The position numbers were made by a program, and so were the translations under genes. Below, in pieces: positions 63,685 through 64,000 of a stretch of 64,000 nt of DNA. The notes beneath the pieces were generated by a model that worked only from the letters and a program-made list of their open reading frames with translations, was not told where the DNA came from and made no database searches. The stretch is from NCBI GenBank assembly GCA_951406725.2, contig OX597815.1, forward strand, positions 109,368,001 through 109,432,000, given 5' to 3'. The DNA comes from Octopus vulgaris. Its lineage: Eukaryota. Position 1 is the first letter of the stretch, and every line of letters begins with the position of its first letter.

Positions 63685-64000
63685 TCTTTTACTTGTTTCA
63701 GCCATTTGAATGCGGCCATGCTGGAACAACGCCTAAAGGATTTGAATTGAAGAAATCGACCCCTGGACTTATTCTTTGTAAGCCTAATACTTATACTATC
63801 GGTCTCTTGCCATACCGCTTAGTTACGGGGAAGTAAACTCACAAACATCGGTTGTCAAGCGATGGTGAGGAGACAAGCACAAACACAAAATAAATGCACA
63901 CACATAAATATATAAATATATATATACGATGGGCTTCTTTCAGTTTACGTCTATCGAATCCACTGTGACCGGTCCGAGGACATAGTAAGAGACACTTGCC
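63685..64000 (-). mobile_element. SINE family A (runs off the window edge)
   Basis: cttttacttgtttcagccatttgaatgcggccatgctgg...gacacttgcc. Confidence 0.85.

Overview
This is AT-rich, repeat-saturated eukaryotic DNA (intergenic or intronic). The tRNA-derived SINE families and the density of (TA)n/(CATA)n/(CA)n microsatellites point to an octopus genome (inference). I recognise no host protein-coding gene, rRNA, tRNA or CRISPR array, and most listed ORFs are microsatellite read-through. Recognisable coding relics are all transposon-derived: a nearly intact IR/DR Tc1 element (30034-31660), a mariner fragment, two Penelope-like GIY-YIG fragments, a Gypsy integrase plus LTR, three RTE LINE 3' fragments with C2H2 fingers, and many R4/Dong-clade non-LTR fragments. 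There are also MITEs, a non-autonomous Helitron and more than 25 SINE copies. The most interesting signals are: (i) minimal hammerhead-ribozyme motifs, several with non-canonical cores, in Penelope-like terminal-repeat relics and fold-backs within (TA)n; (ii) R4-clade elements partitioned between (TAA)n and (CATA)n, with the CATA type carrying a CATA seed in its own 3' UTR; (iii) a PPT-LTR-PBS arrangement. About 39.0-39.8 kb and 44.9-52.1 kb show garbled and duplicated sequence that may be an assembly artefact. All coordinates were read by eye and repeat boundaries are approximate.
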